A stretch of 64,000 nt of DNA from Actinomycetota bacterium (GTDB lineage Bacteria; Actinomycetota; Thermoleophilia; BMS3ABIN01). Within the stretch, counting starts at the first letter, position 1; each line of letters starts with the position of its first letter. The position numbers were made by a program, and so were the translations under genes. Shown here one piece after another: positions 9,400 through 19,129 of the stretch. The stretch covers positions 115,173 through 179,172 of the forward strand of contig JAMCPM010000002.1 of the NCBI GenBank assembly GCA_023382335.1, given 5' to 3'. Under the pieces are notes generated by a model. It was not told the DNA's origin. It ran no database searches and saw only the letters and a list, made by a program, of their open reading frames with translations.

Positions 9400-10869
9400 A
9401 TGGACGCGAAATTTTTCTCCCGGGGCAAGAGCGTCTATAACCGGGCCAAACACGAAGGGGCCGAGAGGCTGCTGAGCCAGGCGCTCAAGGTGTTGGCGCA
9501 CTCTCCGGACAGCAATTACCAGAGGTTGGCGCAAGCATTGGGGAAAATGGCGAAGAGCAAACAGCAGGCGTTGGTCGCTGACTGGTTCCAGGGTTATCTC
9601 GAGCCTGGAGGAGTCGGGACTCAATATTTTAACAGGCTGCTGAAGAATGTGGATCCCAACGTCCGCAAGAACTACATCGCCAAGACTATGGTTGGTCTGT
9701 TCTATCGCGATCCCGAGGTTTCCATCAAACTGATGGAGTCCGAAGGTATCAGCGCTCCCAATCTTGTAGTTATCTCACCCACAATGCGATGCAATCTCGA
9801 CTGCGTCGGCTGCTACGCTGGCAACTATACCAAGGCGGATGATCTCGATCCGGAGGTCATGGACAGGGTTATAACCGAGGCAAAGGAGCTTGGCATCCGC
9901 TTTTTTGTAATCACCGGCGGCGAGCCTTTTGTTTACCGGCCGCTGCTAGGGTTGTTTGAGAAGCATAGCGAAGTATCGTTTCAGGTATACACAAATGGCA
10001 CCCTGATAGACGAGATGATGGCGGAAAGACTGGTCGAGCTCGGAAATGTCGCGCCTGCGATCAGCATCGAGGGATTTCGCAAGGAAACCGACGCCAGACG
10101 CGGCGACGGCACCTACGACCGCGTGCTTCGCGCCATGGATAATTTAAGGGAAAAAGGCGCCGTATTCGCCTTCAGCGCTACCGCGTCAAGGCTGAACATA
10201 GGAACGATCACAAGTGACGAATTCGCTGACATGATGATTGAGAAAGGAGCCGCTTATGGCTACTACTTCTCCTATGTACCAATTGGCAAATCGCCTGATT
10301 TGACATACATGCCAACGGCCCAGGAACGAAACCGGCTTCGTCTGGGGGTAAGCAGGATACGAACGGAGAAGCCAATACTGGTCGCTGATTTTTGGAACGA
10401 TGGCTACCTGACCGGGGGTTGCCTCGCGGCTGGCCGCAAATATGTACACATCAACAATCATGGCGATGTGGAGCCGTGCGTGTTTTGCCACTTCGCCACG
10501 GATAATGTCAACGATGCGACACTACTCGAGGCTCTGCAGTCACCGTTTTTCAAGAGCATCAGGGCGCGTCAACCATTCGGGCACAACCTGCTAAGACCTT
10601 GTCCGCTCATCGATCATCCGGAAGTTCTTCGCCACGCGGTCAAAAAGCACGGCGCCTACGCTACTCACGATGGCGCCGAAAGCCTTGTGACCGACTTGAG
10701 CCAGGGCCTCGATAGCTATGCCAGGGACATTGAAGAAGTAGCCGATCCAGTGTGGCAAAACGATTTCAGTTGGACGGAGGATTGGCTGACGAATGAACAA
10801 AAGGCGGCAGCGGACAGATCCGAGGATCTGATGCGCCGCGATCGCGCCGCTCGTTCCCGGGTGGTCTGA
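9400..10869 (+). CDS. radical SAM protein with ~120-aa N-terminal extension and C-terminal Cys-rich (SPASM/twitch-like) region
   Basis: CX3CX2C motif (TMRCNLDCVGCYAGNY) and GGEPF glycine-rich SAM motif (ITGGEPF). Extra cysteines in GGCLAAG...EPCVFCH...RPCP. No clear match to a characterised subfamily. Confidence 0.75.
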   Translation: MDAKFFSRGKSVYNRAKHEGAERLLSQALKVLAHSPDSNYQRLAQALGKMAKSKQQALVADWFQGYLEPGGVGTQYFNRLLKNVDPNVRKNYIAKTMVGLFYRDPEVSIKLMESEGISAPNLVVISPTMRCNLDCVGCYAGNYTKADDLDPEVMDRVITEAKELGIRFFVITGGEPFVYRPLLGLFEKHSEVSFQVYTNGTLIDEMMAERLVELGNVAPAISIEGFRKETDARRGDGTYDRVLRAMDNLREKGAVFAFSATASRLNIGTITSDEFADMMIEKGAAYGYYFSYVPIGKSPDLTYMPTAQERNRLRLGVSRIRTEKPILVADFWNDGYLTGGCLAAGRKYVHINNHGDVEPCVFCHFATDNVNDATLLEALQSPFFKSIRARQPFGHNLLRPCPLIDHPEVLRHAVKKHGAYATHDGAESLVTDLSQGLDSYARDIEEVADPVWQNDFSWTEDWLTNEQKAAADRSEDLMRRDRAARSRVV

Positions 10870-10925
10870 GCCCGGCGATACACTATTTAAATAAAGCATG
10901 CACCGCTATACTTTTGGGGCGGAAC

Positions 10926-10955
10926 CTCGGTTCCGCCCTTTTTCCCTGTCCAATC
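10926..10955 (+). terminator. rho-independent terminator after the radical SAM gene
   Basis: GGGCGGAACC-tcg-GGTTCCGCCC hairpin followed by TTTTTCC. Confidence 0.7.
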
Positions 10956-10983
10956 TACACCTGGAGAAACGAGGTTTGGCGTC

Positions 10984-12717
10984 TTGAAATCTTTCAGGCT
11001 TCACAGCCAGGAGATGCGTTGGGGACCGGAAGTCGATCCTCTTAGAATCGGCTGTGGCTGGACCCCAGAAGAACTTGAGCGTCCCTGGCTTCTTATCGAG
11101 AGTTCCGCCGGCGATTCTCATCCCGGCAGCGTTCACCTTTCGGGGCTGGTTGAAGGTATCAGTAAGGGCGCCGGCAATGCGGGGCTGGCGGTAGGCCGCT
11201 ACAGTTGCACCGACATGTGTGACGGCATCGCACAGGGGACAGCGGCGATGAGCTACTCACTGGCATCCCGCGAGTTGCTGGCGATGGCGACAGAGCTTCA
11301 TTTCCACAGTGGGCATTTCGACGGATGGACAGCGGTTTCATCTTGCGACAAGGCGATCCCTGCCCATCTTATTGCGGCTGCCAGACTTGATGCTCCGGTA
11401 ATCTTCATGCCCGGCGGAGTTATGCATACGGGGCCAGGGGATGTTTCCATAGATCGGATGGCCGAACTCTACGCCCGGCTCAACCGGGGCCAGATCAGCG
11501 AAGCAGAGTATCGTTATCATAGCCTCACTGCTGCGCCTTGCGCCGGCGCATGCAACTTTCTGGGGACTGCGGTGACCATGCAGATTCTCATCGAGGCCAT
11601 GGGACTATGTCTGCCCTCGGCCGCCTGTTGCCCGACAACGGAAGCAGCGCAAATGCTCCTTGCGGAGGCTTCCGGGATGGCGGTGGCATCACTGATCAAG
11701 AGGCGCATCCCTGCACGAGAAATTATAACCGGTGATGCGATAGATAATGCTCTGGTGGTCCATGCCGCTGCCGGGGGTTCCACAAACGCCATGCTCCACC
11801 TGCCCGCACTTGCCGCTGAGCTAGGACTGGATTTTTCATGGAAAAGGGTGCGCGAGATCAACGAGCAGGTACCCTGGATTCTCGACCTAAGGCCTTCAGG
11901 AAAACATACTGCCGACCTCTTCTGGTACGCTGGCGGCGTGCCCCGGCTTATGTCCCAGGTAAGGGAACACCTGCATCTGGATGTAATGACGGTTACGGGG
12001 AAGACTCTGGGCGAAACCCTTCTTGAGGAGGAACGATCCGGAAATCCGTCTGAACGAGCCGAAAAACTGGCAAACTTTGGCCTGGCCGGTGAGGACATAA
12101 TCCGTCCTGCCGGGAAGCCGCTTTCCCCACGCGGAAGCCTGGTTGTGCTGGAAGGAAACCTGGCGCCAGGCAGCGCCGTTTGCAAGCGCTCGGCTGTGGT
12201 CCCGGCCATGAACAAATTTGAAGGCAGGGCGAGGGTTTTTGACGGACAGATGCCCGCGCTCGAGGCTGCCCTAGCCGGTGACATTCATCCCGGGGATGCG
12301 ATCGTGGTCCGCTTCGAAGGCCCTCGCGCCTCAGGCATGCCAGAAATGTTTTATCTTACCGCGGCGCTCTCAGCTGATACCGAATTAAACGAGAGCGTTG
12401 CCTTGATTACCGACGGCAGGTTCTCAGGCGCCACCCGGGGACCCTGCATCGGCCATGTTTGCCCGGAGGCGGCAGCCGGAGGCCCAATCGCATTGGTTGA
12501 GGATGGTGACATAATCACTGTGGACCTGGAAGCCGGGAAATTGGACCTCACAGGCATAGGCGATAGGCGTGAAACTGCCGAAAAGGTAATAGAGGGTTTA
12601 GAAAGGCGAAGTACTCGGCTTGCGCCCTGGCAGGCGCCGAAGAGGAGCGGTTTGCTGGATTTGTACACCAGGCACGCGGGTCCTTCGAACGAAGGCGCTC
12701 GAATGTCGCCGGGTTGA
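10984..12717 (+). CDS. ilvD: dihydroxy-acid dehydratase (IlvD/EDD family)
   Basis: Family hallmark motifs CDGIAQG, SCDKAIPAHL and GGSTNAMLHL; 577 aa; TTG start. Confidence 0.85.
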   Translation: MKSFRLHSQEMRWGPEVDPLRIGCGWTPEELERPWLLIESSAGDSHPGSVHLSGLVEGISKGAGNAGLAVGRYSCTDMCDGIAQGTAAMSYSLASRELLAMATELHFHSGHFDGWTAVSSCDKAIPAHLIAAARLDAPVIFMPGGVMHTGPGDVSIDRMAELYARLNRGQISEAEYRYHSLTAAPCAGACNFLGTAVTMQILIEAMGLCLPSAACCPTTEAAQMLLAEASGMAVASLIKRRIPAREIITGDAIDNALVVHAAAGGSTNAMLHLPALAAELGLDFSWKRVREINEQVPWILDLRPSGKHTADLFWYAGGVPRLMSQVREHLHLDVMTVTGKTLGETLLEEERSGNPSERAEKLANFGLAGEDIIRPAGKPLSPRGSLVVLEGNLAPGSAVCKRSAVVPAMNKFEGRARVFDGQMPALEAALAGDIHPGDAIVVRFEGPRASGMPEMFYLTAALSADTELNESVALITDGRFSGATRGPCIGHVCPEAAAGGPIALVEDGDIITVDLEAGKLDLTGIGDRRETAEKVIEGLERRSTRLAPWQAPKRSGLLDLYTRHAGPSNEGARMSPG

Positions 12718-12889
12718 GGCAGCGGGATCTCTGGAGGCTAGCTCCACGGATTTTTCCCACTTGGCTCTTTGTACTGACCCAGGTCAATCGCCGCGAAGTG
12801 GGAGAATTGCTTTGAAGCACCGGCTGAAGTCAATATTAGAAAGAGTCCTTCGCTTGACAAAGCGAGAGGCTGGGGGCAAGAAGTTCGGC

Positions 12890-15244
12890 ATGTACGAGCC
12901 GTATGTCCCGACGAGGGCTCGGCAGCAGGGGAAGAAGGTGCTGCGAGACCTCATCATCGTTTTCTCGGTTTTTTCGCTTGCATTCATTTTGACGACCGTA
13001 TTCGACCTTCACGGCTCATTCGAAGACGCCTCCCTGCAGATGAAAGACAGCCCATTCCAGTACGATGAGGTTGTGGTAGCGCTCGCATTTTTAGCAGCGG
13101 CTTTGGGCGTCTTCGCTCTCAGGCGCTGGCGGGAGCTGGAGAGTGAGATCATTGAAAGGATCCATATCGAAGAGGCGTTGGTCGACAGCGAAGAGCGCTA
13201 TCGCACGCTGGCCGAAGCCGCGCAGGATTTCATCTTCATAGTCGACAGGCAGGGTCTCATACGCTATTTGAATAGTTATGCGGCCAAAAAACTGGGAAGC
13301 ACTCAGGTAGAACTGATCGGCAAGAACCTTGATCTTGTGCTTCCCCAGGAAATGGCCCAGCAGCAGAATCAAGAACTCACGAAGGTTTTTTCCGAAGGCC
13401 ATCCGATTGAGGTTGAGACCCAGGCTCGTTTTGATGGAGAGGATTCATGGCTCAGCACTTCTCTGGTTCCCATTCATGACGAAAACGGCAGGTTCGAGAA
13501 TGTGCTTGGTATCTCACGCGATATCACCCAAAGGAAGCTTGCGCAGGATGCTCTCGAGCACAGCAAGGAAGGTTTGGAGGTCATGGTTACCAAACGAACG
13601 GAAGAGTTGGGTAGCGTCAACCAGCGCCTGAAGCTCGAACTGGACGAGAAGAAACTCGCTGAAGAGCGTTTGCAGGCCGTGAACCGCGCCCTGAGAACTT
13701 CCATGGCGGCCAGCCGGGCCCTTACGGCAGCTGGCGGAGAGGCCGAACTACTCAGGGAGATCTGCCAGGCTGTCGTCGCAATTGGCGGATACCGTTTTGC
13801 CTGGGTTGGATTCGCCGAGAAGAATCCGGGAAAAATGGTTCGTCCGGTTGCCTCCGCGGGTTTCGGAGATGGTTATCTGGACGCGGTCAAAGTCACTTGG
13901 GATGATTCTTCGAGTCTGGGTCTCGGCCCTGCCGGCACGGCAATTTGCACCGGCAAGCCCAGTGTTGTCCGCGACGTGCTGATAGATGAGTCCTACGCTC
14001 CCTGGCGGGGTGACGCCCTCAAGCGGGGATTTGCCTCGACCGTTTCTCTGCCGCTGAAAGCTGACGAAGAGAGCTTCGGGTCCCTTAACATTTACGCGGC
14101 CGAGCCGGAAGCATTCGATGCCGAGGAGGTCGAACATCTGAGCGAGCTGGCCAGCGATCTTTCTTACGGAATCTGCGCCATCAGGACTCGCGGTGAAAGG
14201 GATGAGCAGGCAGTGGCATTGCGAAGGACAGGCGAGCAGTTGTCACTGCTGCTGCAGTCTCTGCCGATCATTTTTTACACCAGTAGCGCCACCGATGATT
14301 TCGGCGTCACTTACGTCAGCGACAACGTGACTACGTTTACCGGTTATACGCCTGAAGAGGTAACCCTGGATTCATCGTTCTGGATGGACCGCATCCATCC
14401 TGATGATGCACCCAGGGCTTTCGAAGAAATTCCCAAGGTGTTCGATCGCGGATTCCATGAGTATGAATATCGCTGGCGCGGCGCTGACGGCAACTATAAG
14501 TGGTTCCTCGATATCCTTCGTCTTGTAAAGGCTCCTGAAGGGGAACAGGACTATATCGTGGGTATGTGGCTGGATATCACCGCACGCAAACAGGGTGAGG
14601 AAAAATTGTTGCAGGTCAAGGATCAACTCGAGGCGGATGCCCAGGTGAAGTTGGATGAGCTGACGGAGATTCGCCTCTGCCTCGATAAGACAGCTGAGAA
14701 GCTTGAAGACCGGAAGCGGCAAGATCATTTACTTAACAAGATGGACGAGTTGTTACAAAGTTGTCTAACCGTAGATGAAGCGTATGCGGTTTTCGCACGC
14801 TTTGCGAGCCGGCTCACGGAAGGGGACTCCGGAGCTTTATATCTACTGGATGAAGCCTCCCGAAGTTATACGCAGACCATTGGCTGGGGCAGCGAGCCTC
14901 CGCTGGAGAAAACGTTCGGACCCAGCGATTGCTGGTCGCTACGGCTTGGCAAGATCCACCTTTCCGCACAGGGCCAGACCGGCATGCGGTGCGCCCACGC
15001 CGGCACGGAACGGAAGTACCTTTGCACGCCGGTAAGGTTGGCGGGCAATGCCTTCGGCGTGTTGGTGCTTTCGCCATCCGATGGAGCTGATGATGAAAAG
15101 ATGGTGGAAAGGCGGGAGTTGGCGTCTTCCCTTGTGGGAAGAGTCGGCATGACCATCATCAATCTGCGGCGGCGAGAGGCAGCCGACATCATTGCCGGCA
15201 GCTCACCGGACACTTCCTGGCAAGGGAAGCTGCGGTCCCTCTAG
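12890..15244 (+). CDS. membrane-anchored multi-PAS/GAF sensor protein without recognisable output domain
   Basis: Two TM segments, then PAS modules (e.g. ERYRTLAEAAQDFIFIVD..., LQSLPIIFYTS...YRWRGADGNYKWFL...) alternating with two GAF-like regions. No HisKA/HATPase, GGDEF, EAL or HTH seen. ATG at 12890 chosen; the tool ORF start at 12620 overlaps ilvD. Confidence 0.65.
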   Translation: MYEPYVPTRARQQGKKVLRDLIIVFSVFSLAFILTTVFDLHGSFEDASLQMKDSPFQYDEVVVALAFLAAALGVFALRRWRELESEIIERIHIEEALVDSEERYRTLAEAAQDFIFIVDRQGLIRYLNSYAAKKLGSTQVELIGKNLDLVLPQEMAQQQNQELTKVFSEGHPIEVETQARFDGEDSWLSTSLVPIHDENGRFENVLGISRDITQRKLAQDALEHSKEGLEVMVTKRTEELGSVNQRLKLELDEKKLAEERLQAVNRALRTSMAASRALTAAGGEAELLREICQAVVAIGGYRFAWVGFAEKNPGKMVRPVASAGFGDGYLDAVKVTWDDSSSLGLGPAGTAICTGKPSVVRDVLIDESYAPWRGDALKRGFASTVSLPLKADEESFGSLNIYAAEPEAFDAEEVEHLSELASDLSYGICAIRTRGERDEQAVALRRTGEQLSLLLQSLPIIFYTSSATDDFGVTYVSDNVTTFTGYTPEEVTLDSSFWMDRIHPDDAPRAFEEIPKVFDRGFHEYEYRWRGADGNYKWFLDILRLVKAPEGEQDYIVGMWLDITARKQGEEKLLQVKDQLEADAQVKLDELTEIRLCLDKTAEKLEDRKRQDHLLNKMDELLQSCLTVDEAYAVFARFASRLTEGDSGALYLLDEASRSYTQTIGWGSEPPLEKTFGPSDCWSLRLGKIHLSAQGQTGMRCAHAGTERKYLCTPVRLAGNAFGVLVLSPSDGADDEKMVERRELASSLVGRVGMTIINLRRREAADIIAGSSPDTSWQGKLRSL

Positions 15245-15418
15245 CGATTTCCCGTCTTTCCCCCCGAAAAGCTGGGTTTTCTCATCCAAGTTTGGTTTTA
15301 AACAAAGGGAATAAGGGAATCAGCTAGAAAAGAAATCTACTAACTTAACTCACAACTGCGGCACGCGGACGGTTATTTTGCCGTTCGGCAGGGCGGAGCT
15401 GCAGACGTGGGGAGGCTC

Positions 15419-15465
15419 GGTAGGGACTTAACTCTAGGGCTTAAGTCCCTACCGCTATTTTTTTT
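15419..15465 (+). terminator. rho-independent terminator (13-bp stem GGTAGGGACTTAA/TTAAGTCCCTACC + T8)
   Basis: Perfect inverted repeat followed by GCTATTTTTTTT. Terminates the PAS/GAF sensor transcript and overlaps the 3' end of the convergent apgM-like gene. Confidence 0.8.
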
Positions 15466-16648
15466 CCAGACCTAAAAACCAGCCCATCAGATCCCAGCCG
15501 CGCTCGAACTTTAGCGCCGCGGATGACGCTGAGTCTTCGTCGAAGGATTGATCCCGGTCTGAAGCGGCCGCGGGATCGTAACAGACGAAGGGAACCGGTT
15601 CTGCAGTGTGTGTCCTGATACCGAGTGGAGTCGCATGATCAGGCAATATCAGGATGCGGTAATGGGTCGATGTAGCCAGTCCTTCAAGAAGGTTTCCCAG
15701 CAATAGAGCATCAAATCGCTCTATGGCCTCGACTTTTGCGGAGGAATCGCCCGAGTGGGACGCTTCGTCGGGAGACTCTACATGTACGTAGACGAAGTCC
15801 TTGTTTTTCAGCTCCTTGAGGGCGTACCGGGCTTTGGCGGCATAATCGGTATCCAGCCAGCCCGTTGCTCCGGGCACCTCGATGACCTCAAGGCCAGCAT
15901 ATTTGCCAAGCCCTTTGACCAGGTCAACTGCTGATATAACCGAGCCTTCCAGTCTGTAACGTTCCTTGAAGGTGGGCATTGAAGGAGCCGTGCCCTGACC
16001 CCAAAGCCAGATCATGTTGGCCGGCAGCTTGCCTTCAAGCTTTCGTTTTTCATTGATGGGGTGGCCGGCCAGCAGTTGGGCCGACTCCTGCATGAGCCCG
16101 CGAAGCCAGGCGGATTCTTCTCCTTGTGGCAGGTTAGGGTCGACCGGCTGTCCGGTGATGTCATGTGGCGGAGTGCATAAGGCTTGCAGTGCCTTGCCTT
16201 TCGATACCATGATATGACGGTAGCTCAACCCCGGGAAGAATGTCGCATCTTCGCCACCCAGGTTCTGCTGCAGGTAATCGATCAGTTCTGCGGCTGCAAC
16301 TGTGTCGATATGTCCGGCGGAGAAATCGCGCATCAGCCCATCTTCGACGCAGACGAGGTTGCAGCGGAAGGCAACGTCGCCTGACGCGAGATCGATCCCG
16401 AGGCTTGCCGCTTCCAAAGGAGCCCTGCCGGTGTAATATAAGTGAGGGTCGTAACCGAGTACGCAGAGGTTGGCGACATCGCTGCCGGGGGGAAAGCCTT
16501 CAGGAATGGTGCTTGTCAGACCGATCGTTCCCGACCTGGCTAGTCTGTCAAAATTGGGGGTATTTGCGGCCTGCAGCGGTGTGCGGCCGCCAAGTTCCGG
16601 CCTGTGCTCATCGGCTGAACCGTCAGGGATGAGAACCAGATATTTCAT
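15455..16648 (-). CDS. apgM: archaeal-type cofactor-independent phosphoglycerate mutase homologue (ApgM family)
   Basis: MKYLVLIPDGSADEHRPELGGRTPLQAANTPNFDRLARSGTIGL matches the ApgM/metalloenzyme-superfamily N-terminus. ATG at 16648 with upstream RBS; lies 8 nt downstream of thrC in the same operon. Confidence 0.8.
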   Translation of the reverse strand: MKYLVLIPDGSADEHRPELGGRTPLQAANTPNFDRLARSGTIGLTSTIPEGFPPGSDVANLCVLGYDPHLYYTGRAPLEAASLGIDLASGDVAFRCNLVCVEDGLMRDFSAGHIDTVAAAELIDYLQQNLGGEDATFFPGLSYRHIMVSKGKALQALCTPPHDITGQPVDPNLPQGEESAWLRGLMQESAQLLAGHPINEKRKLEGKLPANMIWLWGQGTAPSMPTFKERYRLEGSVISAVDLVKGLGKYAGLEVIEVPGATGWLDTDYAAKARYALKELKNKDFVYVHVESPDEASHSGDSSAKVEAIERFDALLLGNLLEGLATSTHYRILILPDHATPLGIRTHTAEPVPFVCYDPAAASDRDQSFDEDSASSAALKFERGWDLMGWFLGLEKK

Positions 16649-16656
16649 CATCCGTC

Positions 16657-17721
16657 CTAAAGCCCGAGGGTTTTGACTACCTGGTCGAAATCGGCAGCGA
16701 TACTGATTACCGCCGCGCCATTTGCGATGGCCGTGTCCGGATCCTTGAGGCCGTGTCCGGTGAGGACGCAAACGACCGTGTCGCCCTCCTGGAAAAGCCC
16801 TTCCCGGTGCTTCTTGATTACGCCGGCGATACTTGCCGCTGAAGCCGGCTCACAGAATGTCCCCTCAGTCGAGGCGACCAGCTTGTAGGCGGCGATTATC
16901 TCTTCGTCAGTGACTGAATCGATGAGGCCGCTGGAGTCGCCGGCCGCAGCAAGCGCCTGATCGCCGCGCGCAGGGTTGCCGATGCGGATTGCTGTGGCTA
17001 TTGTCTCTGGATCTTTGACTGGGTGGCCGATCACAAGCGGCGCTGCGCCGGCAGCCTGGAAGCCGATCATCCGGGGAACGCCATCGCACTTGCCAGCCTC
17101 TCGATACTCGTTAAAACCCTTCCAGTAGGCTGTTATGTTTCCGGCATTTCCAACCGGGATCGCCAGGAAGTCCGGCGCCCTGCCAAGTGAATCCACGACC
17201 TCGAAGGCGCCGGTCTTCTGTCCTTCGAGCCGGTACGGATTGATCGAGTTGACCAGTTGCACCGGGTGTTTGTCGACGATGCCACGGACGATTTCGAGCG
17301 CCTGATCGAAATTCCCTGATACAGACAGTACCTGGGCTCCATGCGTTACCGCCTGGGCCAGCTTGCCTGCCGCTATCTTGCCTTCAGGAATGATTACTAT
17401 GCAGCGGATGCCCGCCCGGCCGGCATAGGCTGCTGCCGAGGCCGAAGTGTTGCCGGTCGAAGCGCAGATGACGGCGCTGGCGCCTTCCTCAATTCCTTTG
17501 GACACGGCCAGGGTCATCCCGCGGTCCTTGAAGCTGCCCGTCGGGTTGAGCCCCTCAAGTTTGAGGAAAAGATTAAGGCCTAACCGTTCGCCCAACCGCG
17601 GCGCTGACAACAGTGGCGTGGAACCCTCGGCAAGACTGATTACCGGGGTAGCGTCGCTGACTGGAAGAAACTGCCGGTATCGTTCTATCAGGGATCTGTC
17701 CCGGGGACCGCTATTGCTCAT
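16657..17721 (-). CDS. thrC: threonine synthase
   Basis: PLP-lysine motif [12 protein letters not shown]; 354 aa. Confidence 0.9.
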   Translation of the reverse strand: MSNSGPRDRSLIERYRQFLPVSDATPVISLAEGSTPLLSAPRLGERLGLNLFLKLEGLNPTGSFKDRGMTLAVSKGIEEGASAVICASTGNTSASAAAYAGRAGIRCIVIIPEGKIAAGKLAQAVTHGAQVLSVSGNFDQALEIVRGIVDKHPVQLVNSINPYRLEGQKTGAFEVVDSLGRAPDFLAIPVGNAGNITAYWKGFNEYREAGKCDGVPRMIGFQAAGAAPLVIGHPVKDPETIATAIRIGNPARGDQALAAAGDSSGLIDSVTDEEIIAAYKLVASTEGTFCEPASAASIAGVIKKHREGLFQEGDTVVCVLTGHGLKDPDTAIANGAAVISIAADFDQVVKTLGL

Positions 17722-18988
17722 TTTCGTTGTCTTCTACGCGGATTGGCCGCGGTTGTGATTTGACTACGGGCAGCCCGGCGATTTTTTCCAGAGCTTCCCG
17801 GAAGCCTGCTTCCTTGACCGGATGAAAGACCATTACCAGTTCGGCGTGTGCCCCCCGCCCCTGCTGGATCACGCTTTCGACACTGACTTCGTGATCGCCG
17901 AAGACCTGGGCTATCTCGGCCAGAACACCTGGCTCATCCTCTACTTCGAGACGCAGGTAAAATTTCGAGATGACCTCATCGTCGGGATAGAACTCCATCT
18001 CCCGCCACGAGGCGATGTTCTCGAACTCTCCGGGTTTTTCCCGGGCGATGATTGACGCTATGTCGCTGACGACCGCAGAAGCGGTCTCCATGCCGCCCGC
18101 TCCCGGACCCGAAAGCATGATCTCGTCGATCGCGTTTCCCTTAAGGAAGACGGCGTTGTAGGCGCCGCTGACGGTTGCCAGTGGATGGTCTTTTTTCAAG
18201 AGTGCCGGGTAGACGCGGACGTTGATCCGATCGCCGTAGAGTTTCGCCACGCCCAGCAGCTTGATCGTCAGGTCGAGATTGCGGGCGTAGGATATATCCA
18301 GGGAGTTGATATGCTCGATGCCGACGCAGGTGACGTCCTCGAGATCCACAGCGGTGTGAAAGGCGATGGATGCCAGGATCGCCATCTTGGCTGCCGCGTC
18401 TTTGCCGCTGATGTCTTCGGTTGGATCGGCTTCGGCGTATCCCCATTCCTGCGCATTGGCCAGCGCGTCTCCGTACTTGGCGCCGGTACGGCTCATTTCC
18501 GAGAGGATGAAATTCGTGGTTCCGTTGACGATTCCGTAAACGCTGGTGAGATCGGAGGCCACCATCGACTCGCGCAGAACCTTGATCACGGGGATCGCCC
18601 CGGCGACGCTGGCCTCAAATCCGATCTGTGTGTTGTTTTCGCGGGCCAGGCGGAAAAGATAAAAACCTTTTTGCGACAGAAGCTGTTTGTTGGCTGTGAC
18701 TACCGCCTTGCCACGTTCAAGAACGCTTGTGATGTAGTCGAACGCAGGCTCTAAGCCGCCGATGAGCTCGACAACCAGTGAGATCTCGGAATCCTCGAGA
18801 ATTTCCTCGAAGTTGTCCGTGAACAGATCCCGGGGGGCATCTTCCCGCGGGACGGAAATATCGCGGACCAATATCTTCTTGACGGAAACGGAGGTTCCGG
18901 TCGCCTGTGCGATCTCGATCGCCTGATTGTTGATGAGATTGTAAACGTTGGACCCAACCGTGCCATAACCGAGCAGACCGATGGATAT
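17711..18988 (-). CDS. hom: homoserine dehydrogenase with C-terminal ACT domain (start codon uncertain/non-canonical)
   Basis: NAD-binding N-terminus [20 protein letters not shown] and catalytic core, C-terminal ACT. The tool ORF begins at TTG 18871, but the GxGxxG segment is in frame upstream. No ATG/GTG/TTG lies between the in-frame TGA (19049-19051) and 18871; only ATA at 18988 or ATT at 19048. Confidence 0.8.
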   Translation of the reverse strand: MSIGLLGYGTVGSNVYNLINNQAIEIAQATGTSVSVKKILVRDISVPREDAPRDLFTDNFEEILEDSEISLVVELIGGLEPAFDYITSVLERGKAVVTANKQLLSQKGFYLFRLARENNTQIGFEASVAGAIPVIKVLRESMVASDLTSVYGIVNGTTNFILSEMSRTGAKYGDALANAQEWGYAEADPTEDISGKDAAAKMAILASIAFHTAVDLEDVTCVGIEHINSLDISYARNLDLTIKLLGVAKLYGDRINVRVYPALLKKDHPLATVSGAYNAVFLKGNAIDEIMLSGPGAGGMETASAVVSDIASIIAREKPGEFENIASWREMEFYPDDEVISKFYLRLEVEDEPGVLAEIAQVFGDHEVSVESVIQQGRGAHAELVMVFHPVKEAGFREALEKIAGLPVVKSQPRPIRVEDNENEQ

Positions 18989-19129
18989 TCTGTTTGTACT
19001 GGAATCAGCCGTTGCTAATTCTCTCCCAATAACGTAGACAGATGAAATTCATGGCGCGCTATTGCACACGAGGAAGTGCACAAGGCCAAATGTTATCAGG
19101 AGAACCTTACCGAGGGAAGCGCCGAAACG

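Noticed and set aside
9191-9624. Small ORFs (69 and 100 aa) in the divergent intergenic region between the glycosidase and radical SAM genes
   Set aside because: No RBS, His/Arg-rich junk-like translations overlapping the likely promoter region.
12620-12889. Tool-predicted 5' extension of the PAS/GAF sensor ORF overlapping the ilvD 3' end
   Set aside because: Extension is Arg/Cys-rich low-complexity, overlaps 98 nt of ilvD coding sequence, and precedes the first TM helix. The internal ATG at 12890 gives a sensible N-terminus.
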